Source: Gemmatimonadota bacterium (GTDB lineage: Bacteria > Gemmatimonadota > Gemmatimonadetes > Gemmatimonadales > GWC2-71-9). Taken from it: a stretch of DNA of 64,000 bases. Shown here piece after piece: positions 59,412 to 64,000 of the stretch; the first letter of the stretch is position 1, and each line of letters opens with the position of its first letter. Under the pieces are notes generated by a model. That model was not told the DNA's origin. It ran no database searches and saw nothing but the letters and a program-made list of their open reading frames with translations. The stretch covers positions 1-64,000 of the forward strand of contig JAZDCZ010000407.1 of assembly GCA_036679605.1 (NCBI GenBank). Reading direction: 5' to 3'. Both the position numbers and the translations under genes were made by a program.

Positions 59412-59440
59412 TTGACATTATCGCCCGATGGATGTATAAT
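59412..59440 (+). promoter_or_regulatory. Perfect sigma70 consensus promoter
   Basis: TTGACA-N17-TATAAT. Confidence 0.85.
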
Positions 59441-59527
59441 ACATCACGAGGTGCAATCCGTACCGGTATGTTTCCGCCAGTGCGAGAGACATGCCTTTCC
59501 GGTCAGCTCGTGCAAAAGGAGGCTCAT

Positions 59528-59827
59528 ATGGCGAAACAGAGGCAGTCTGTACAGAAGAGGATACGTGAGCAGAAGAAACGGGAACGGGAGCAACGGAAAC
59601 ATGCGAAGGCCACCGCGAAGGCGGAACGCCGTAAGGGCAGCAATGCGATGACCGAGGCGGAGTACGACAGGGCTATGATTCGTATCAAGGAACTCATGGA
59701 CACAGATGCCAAGAAGGATTCCCCAGAGGGGGAGGAGTTGGATCTTCTATCCACCCGTGTCGAGGGGTACGAGAGAGAACATAACCATCTAGGCGATGGA
59801 CAAGGCGAACTCGGCGCGATAGAGTAG
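59528..59827 (+). CDS. Basic helix fused to a HigA-antitoxin N-terminal-like domain (no HTH)
   Basis: AAGGAGG RBS; TEAEYDRAMIRIKELMD...SPEGEELDLLSTRVEGYEREH. Confidence 0.7.
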   Translation: MAKQRQSVQKRIREQKKREREQRKHAKATAKAERRKGSNAMTEAEYDRAMIRIKELMDTDAKKDSPEGEELDLLSTRVEGYEREHNHLGDGQGELGAIE

Positions 59828-59922
59828 TACCGGAGAACCAAGCGATGCACATGTCACACAAAATTGGAGGGCGTCAGGCCGTAATCAGCCAGTCTTAGTT
59901 ACTCAAGACAAAGGAGGTTGAC

Positions 59923-60303
59923 ATGGCAAACGAGCGCCGAGACCCGAAGAGGGAGAAACTCCGAGACCTGCGACGCATGGACACAGGGCGCCTCTCGGGC
60001 ATCTTCTTCAAGCGCCACCCAGAACACGACTGGAGGAACTTCAAATTCCTCCTAGGGACTTCTTGGGAGGATCGTCGCATGCGCTGGCGTGAGTCCGACC
60101 GCGTCGGGGATGAGTGGATTCTTCGTGCTGTCGGTCCCGGTCGCTCGCGATACTCATGCGGAGTACCGCCTGCGTCGTTCCGCCGCGGACTTAACAGGAA
60201 ACGCCGCGCCCAGATGAAGCAGGCCATGAGTAAACAGCTATGCGACGGGGATGATGTGACAAATCCCCGCCCCCACCGCAATGTCCGCTGGGAGTGGTGG
60301 TAG
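59923..60303 (+). CDS. Hypothetical Arg-rich protein
   Basis: AAGGAGG RBS. Confidence 0.65.
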   Translation: MANERRDPKREKLRDLRRMDTGRLSGIFFKRHPEHDWRNFKFLLGTSWEDRRMRWRESDRVGDEWILRAVGPGRSRYSCGVPPASFRRGLNRKRRAQMKQAMSKQLCDGDDVTNPRPHRNVRWEWW

Positions 60304-60358
60304 GGACTGGCCGTAGCGGTCGGTGTTCGATTTGCGATAACATCGAGTGGCAAGCTGA

Positions 60359-60629
60359 GGAGCAGTGCGCGCCGAGTTGAAGCTCAGCGAGCGCGTGTTC
60401 CATTGTCAAGCCTGCGCGGCGATGAATCTGGAGAATTTGCTGGCCGAGCTGTTCGACGTCTGTGGAGAGGAAGGCTCTGGCCGTCCGTGACGGGGTAAAC
60501 CCCGCTGCGGCCGAAGCAGGAGCCTACGAAATGTCGGCATTCGGTTGTACAAGATGGGAAAAGACTAGAATCCCGACAAAAATCCCGACAAAGTGCTGGG
60601 ATTCCTATAACCAAACACACTCAAGTAGG
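60359..60629 (+). pseudogene. tnpB: Deleted 3' remnant of the IS607-type tnpB with its right end
   Basis: GAGCAGTGCGCGCCGAG[T/C]TGAAGCTCAG...TTCCATTGTCA, GAGGAAGGCTCTGG, and CCTATAACCAA..AAGTAGG all match 53786-54060. Confidence 0.85.
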
Positions 60630-60647
60630 AGAGTTATGGCGGGCAAA

Positions 60648-60719
60648 AGCTGCTGGTCGGAGTCGAACCCACAATTCGGACTTACAAAATCCGCGTGTTA
60701 CCGTTGACACTACAGCAGC
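60648..60719 (-). tRNA. tRNA-Thr(TGT)
   Basis: Cloverleaf; loop TTTGTAA; one T-stem mismatch. Confidence 0.8.
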
Positions 60720-60723
60720 AGAA

Positions 60724-60795
60724 TCGTGGCACTCGGATTCGAACCGGGAACCTCAGCTTTATGAGAGCCGCGCTCTTCCAATGAGCTATGCCACG
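60724..60795 (-). tRNA. tRNA-Met(CAT), non-initiator
   Basis: Cloverleaf; loop CTCATAA; C1-G72 is paired. Confidence 0.85.
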
Positions 60796-60798
60796 TAA

Positions 60799-60870
60799 CT
60801 TACCGGACGGGAGTCGAACCCGCGACAATTCGCTTAACAGGCGAATGCTCTGCCACTGAGCTACCGGCAA
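60799..60870 (-). tRNA. tRNA-Asn(GTT)
   Basis: Cloverleaf; loop CTGTTAA; G73. Confidence 0.9.
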
Positions 60871-60873
60871 GAC

Positions 60874-60946
60874 CTGCAGGGGTGGGAATCGAACCCACAA
60901 TGACCGCATTAACAGTGCGGCGCTCTACCAGTTGAGCTACCCTGCA
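60874..60946 (-). tRNA. tRNA-Asn(GTT), second divergent copy
   Basis: Cloverleaf; loop CTGTTAA; G73. Confidence 0.9.
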
Positions 60947-60952
60947 ATAACA

Positions 60953-61013
60953 AGCTGGCCCGGGAATCGAACCCGGAATATCCACTCGCTCTACCAGATT
61001 GAGCTAGGCCAGC
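60953..61013 (-). pseudogene. tRNA pseudogene with the anticodon arm deleted (Thr-like acceptor)
   Basis: Acceptor, D and T arms are intact; only 11 nt lie between the D and T arms. Confidence 0.75.
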
Positions 61014-61029
61014 AGTTCCCTTCCTTCAA

Positions 61030-61103
61030 AGTCGCCACCGGGATTTGAACCCGGACCGCCTGGGTGGAAGCCAGGTATGCTATCCGTTAAACACCACGGC
61101 GAC
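61030..61103 (-). tRNA. tRNA-Gly(TCC)
   Basis: Cloverleaf; loop CTTCCAC; U73. Confidence 0.85.
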
Positions 61104-61114
61104 GCAGTAAAAAA

Positions 61115-61188
61115 AGTCGCTGGCGGGATTCGAACCCGGCACCTCCTCGATGGCAACGAGATGTGCTACCGTTAAACACCACAACGAC
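61115..61188 (-). tRNA. tRNA-Gly(GCC)
   Basis: Cloverleaf; loop TTGCCAT; U73. Confidence 0.85.
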
Positions 61189-61234
61189 AATTTGGCTTCT
61201 CCTCTGCCTCCTGTTTCATCAGATCACCCCCTGC

Positions 61235-61296
61235 ACTCAAACCTCCGCCCTTCGGCTTCGCAAGCCGACGCTCTGATCCAATTGAGCTACATGGAC
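61235..61296 (-). pseudogene. tRNA-Arg(GCG), truncated after the T loop
   Basis: D arm and TCGGC-TTGCGAA-GCCGA are intact; the 3' T strand and acceptor strand are missing. Confidence 0.75.
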
Positions 61297-61305
61297 TCAT
61301 CCAAA

Positions 61306-61373
61306 AGCCACCGGAGGGAATCGAACCCCCGCCATCTCCTTACGAAAGAGACAGGTTACCACTACACGGTGGC
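61306..61373 (-). tRNA. tRNA-Thr(CGT) with a D-stem deletion (probable pseudogene)
   Basis: Acceptor and T arm intact; loop TTCGTAA; 5' D strand missing. Confidence 0.7.
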
Positions 61374-61443
61374 AAAATGGGTCTGGGATCAATTTGGGTT
61401 ACCCCCATAAGCGTAAAAGCCCGCCGGCTATCCCAGACCCAAA

Positions 61444-61513
61444 AGCCGCCGACGGGAGTCGAACCCGCGATCTCTTTTTTACCGAAAAAGTCTTCCAACT
61501 GAGCTACAGCGGC
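61444..61513 (-). tRNA. tRNA-Thr(GGT) with an ~3-nt D-stem deletion (probable pseudogene)
   Basis: CTTTT-TCGGTAA-AAAAG; GAGC shortened to GA. Confidence 0.7.
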
Positions 61514-61522
61514 GTACCAACG

Positions 61523-61556
61523 AAAAAAGCCCCGAAGACTTTCGTCTCCGGGGCTT
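61523..61556 (-). terminator. Attenuator terminator upstream of the tRNA array
   Basis: AAGCCCCGGAGAC-GAAA-GTCTTCGGGGCTT-TTTT. Confidence 0.85.
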
Positions 61557-61581
61557 CGCAAATTCAGTTCAATGCGAAAGC

Positions 61582-61668
61582 TTAGCCGAGGACGCACCTC
61601 CGTCCGCGCGTACCATTATTGGTTGTCCCGGCCATGTCGTTACGGAATGTAGATGCGCTCGTTTGCAT
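61582..61668 (-). CDS. Putative leader peptide MQTSASTFRNDMAGTTNNGTRGRRCVLG
   Basis: Lies between the promoter and terminator; its stop codon falls inside the antiterminator strand. Alternative ATGs at 61680 and 61635. Confidence 0.65.
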   Translation of the reverse strand: MQTSASTFRNDMAGTTNNGTRGRRCVLG

Positions 61669-61684
61669 AACTTTCACCATTTCC

Positions 61685-61713
61685 AGTGTATCGCGCCACC
61701 GAGCCATAGTCAA
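61685..61713 (-). promoter_or_regulatory. sigma70-type promoter of the leader/tRNA array
   Basis: TTGACT-N17-TACACT. Confidence 0.75.
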
Positions 61714-61859
61714 ACGGAAATTTTTGTCTACCACATGGCGACCGTACATACCAGTGTCAGGAATAGTATCCAGAGTCCTCTCTTCAGGCCTTCCGAATCC
61801 GTACCTAAAATGTTCAAAAGCCTGCCCATGCCGAATTATAGGCTTGCCAAGCCGCCGAA

Positions 61860-63758
61860 TCAATGTACTTCAAACTCTGCGTCTATGACATCGTCCTTTT
61901 CCGGCGGATCATTATCACCCCCTTCTTGGCCATCATCGACCGTCGCTCTTTGTGTTGCCTCGTATATCGCCTTGCCCATCTCCTGCGCGTCGCACATGAG
62001 CGAATCTCTAGCCTTCTCGATGGCGACCGTGTCGTCGCCTTTCAGAGTATCCCGTAGGGAAGACACGCTGGATTCGATCTTGGATCTTGTCTCTGCCTGT
62101 ACTTTGTCCCCGAACTCCTCAAGCTGTTTCTCCGTCTGAAATGCCAGTGCGTCTGCCTGATTTCGAAGCGCGACCAGCTCAGCCTTCTTTTTGTCGTCGT
62201 CGGCGAAGGCCTCTGCGTCCCGTTTCATGCGTTCGATTTCATCTTTGCTAATCCCACCGCCGTCCTCTATCCTGATGGACTGCTCTTTTCCGGTGGCCTT
62301 GTCCTTGGCGGACACGCTGATGATCCCGTTTCTGTCGATGTCGAATGCCACATCAATTTGTGGTACGCCACGTGGGGCAGACGCTATGCCGGAGAGGTTG
62401 AATCTGCCGAGCGTGCGGTTGTCGGTCGCCATCGGGCGATCGCCCTGTAGCACATGCACTGTGACTTCCGTCTGACCATCTGCTGCGGTGGAGAATGTCT
62501 CCGACTTGGATGTCGGGATGGTCGTGTTGGCGTCGATGAGCTTGGTGGTTACGCCGCCAAGGGTCTCCAACCCCAAAGCGAGCGGCGTGATGTCGAGCAG
62601 GACGATGTCGTCCTTGTCGCCGGACAGTATAGCTCCTTGGATTGCCGCGCCGATAGCTACCACCTCATCGGGGTTGACACCCTTGCTCGGCTCCTTGCCG
62701 AACAGTTCGTGGCATAGTTCCCGCACGGCTGGTATCCTAGTCGATCCGCCGACCAGTACTACCTCGTCGATGTCCTTTGCGGTCAGTTTGGCACCAGAGA
62801 GCGCGTCAGCGACTGGCTTTCGGCATCTGCTGGTCAGTTTGGAGGTGATTTGCTCAAACTTGCTCCGATTGATGGTTTCTTGTAGATGTTTGGGACCAGT
62901 GTCGGTGGCGGTGATGTACGGCAGATTCACGGTAGACTCCACTGCGGTGGACAGTTCACACTTCGCCTTCTCGGCTGCCTCCCTAAGCCTCTGCCGAGAC
63001 GCTGGATCTGTCAAGATGTCCACCCCCTCCTGCTTGCGGAATCCCTTGGCCAAGTGCGCGACTAACGCCTCGTCGTAGTCGTCGCCGCCGAGATGGCCGT
63101 CGCCGCTGGTACTCAAGACTTCAAAGGTGCCGACATCTGGGTCGATTTCCAGAATGGACACATCGAAGGTACCCCCGCCAAGGTCAAACACCGCGATTCG
63201 CTGCTCCTTTTTTTTGTCGAGTCCATAGGCAAGTGCGGCTGCCGTCGGTTCATTGATGATGCGCTCGACCTTTAGGCCAGCGATCTCCCCAGCGTCCTTG
63301 GTGGCTTTTCGCTGCGCGTCGTTGAAGTATGCGGGGACCGTGATGACTGCCCGCTCAACCTTCTCGCCGAGATAGGCTTCTGCGGTGTTTTTTAGGTCCT
63401 GCAGGATCATGGCACTGATCTCCGCCGGCCCGTATTCCTTGTCTTGAATCTTTATCTTGACTGGGTTCTTGCCTTTGCTGCTGATGACTTTATAGGCAAC
63501 GCCCTTGTCTGCTTCGGACACTTCGCTGCCCCGCCGCCCCATGAACCGTTTGATTGAATGTACTGTGTTCTCGGCGTTTGTGATCTGCTGGTGATGGGCT
63601 GTTTTCCCCACTAGGCGTTCACCCTTGGCCGTTATGCCGACCACGGACGGTGTAGTGCGTGAACCCTGTTCATTCGTCAGCACCTTGGCCACATCGCCCT
63701 CCATCACCGCCACAACCGAGTTTGTCGTTCCCAGATCGATACCTATGATTTTTGTCAT
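61860..63758 (-). CDS. dnaK: Chaperone DnaK (Hsp70)
   Basis: [53 protein letters not shown]. Confidence 0.98.
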   Translation of the reverse strand: MTKIIGIDLGTTNSVVAVMEGDVAKVLTNEQGSRTTPSVVGITAKGERLVGKTAHHQQITNAENTVHSIKRFMGRRGSEVSEADKGVAYKVISSKGKNPVKIKIQDKEYGPAEISAMILQDLKNTAEAYLGEKVERAVITVPAYFNDAQRKATKDAGEIAGLKVERIINEPTAAALAYGLDKKKEQRIAVFDLGGGTFDVSILEIDPDVGTFEVLSTSGDGHLGGDDYDEALVAHLAKGFRKQEGVDILTDPASRQRLREAAEKAKCELSTAVESTVNLPYITATDTGPKHLQETINRSKFEQITSKLTSRCRKPVADALSGAKLTAKDIDEVVLVGGSTRIPAVRELCHELFGKEPSKGVNPDEVVAIGAAIQGAILSGDKDDIVLLDITPLALGLETLGGVTTKLIDANTTIPTSKSETFSTAADGQTEVTVHVLQGDRPMATDNRTLGRFNLSGIASAPRGVPQIDVAFDIDRNGIISVSAKDKATGKEQSIRIEDGGGISKDEIERMKRDAEAFADDDKKKAELVALRNQADALAFQTEKQLEEFGDKVQAETRSKIESSVSSLRDTLKGDDTVAIEKARDSLMCDAQEMGKAIYEATQRATVDDGQEGGDNDPPEKDDVIDAEFEVH

Positions 63759-63808
63759 GTCGTGCTCCTTGTGAAAAAGTGTCCTCTATCCTTACTATAC
63801 CCGTAACA

Positions 63809-63823
63809 GCAAGTCATGTGCCA
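63809..63823 (-). promoter_or_regulatory. sigma54 (-24/-12) promoter of dnaK
   Basis: TGGCAC-ATGAC-TTGC; an upstream TGCCA-N3-TGGCA palindrome at 63876-63888. Confidence 0.7.
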
Positions 63824-64000
63824 CGCGAAAACCTACTTCTGTCCGTGTAAACCGCCCCTATTGCCAGTTCCTTGCTGCCAATATGGCACTTGGCAGGCAG
63901 TCCGCTGTTGTTTTCTTTTCGGATTCCGCCATAGTATATGAGACTCTACGGGTTTATGGTCGTGAGGAACGAGGCCGACATCGTCTCTGAGTCCATCACA

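Noticed and set aside
1..64000. CRISPR array
   Set aside because: No regularly spaced repeat-spacer series was seen; the repeats present are coding, IS-derived or tRNA arms.
1..64000. Stop-codon recoding (alternative genetic code)
   Set aside because: Conserved genes are full length in code 11, end in TAA, TAG or TGA, and no suppressor tRNA was seen.

Overview
This is a gene-dense window with no rRNA or ribosomal-protein operon. It is best explained as part of a giant (jumbo) phage or other large extrachromosomal element, probably with a Planctomycetota host. That assignment is an inference from the EDGPT-type Flp pilin, the DUF444 and HNH families, and a sigma54-type dnaK promoter. Main contents: (1) DNA-processing genes (C-terminal half of a Ski2/Hel308-like helicase, RuvB, RNase HII, an OB-HD nuclease, HNH); (2) about 20 glycan synthesis/modification genes; (3) scattered host-like genes (gdh, flp, ndk, infC, dnaK, yhbH-like); (4) a 745-aa and a 3415-aa 'polyvalent' protein carrying about 12 ADP-ribosyltransferase-like modules plus GNAT, ParB-like, papain/transglutaminase-like, nucleotidyltransferase and NUDIX domains, joined by R/K-x-A-rich linkers; (5) two families of TnpB elements, some with reconstructable empty sites; (6) a 10-gene tRNA array. 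The most striking signal is upstream of that array: a sigma70 promoter, a 28-codon leader peptide and an overlapping antiterminator/terminator. The leader's control codons (Thr ACA/ACC/ACG, Asn AAT AAT, Gly, Arg CGC, Met) match the anticodons in the array, suggesting a translation-sensing attenuator that switches on backup tRNAs. All product calls come from motif recognition by eye; no searches were run.
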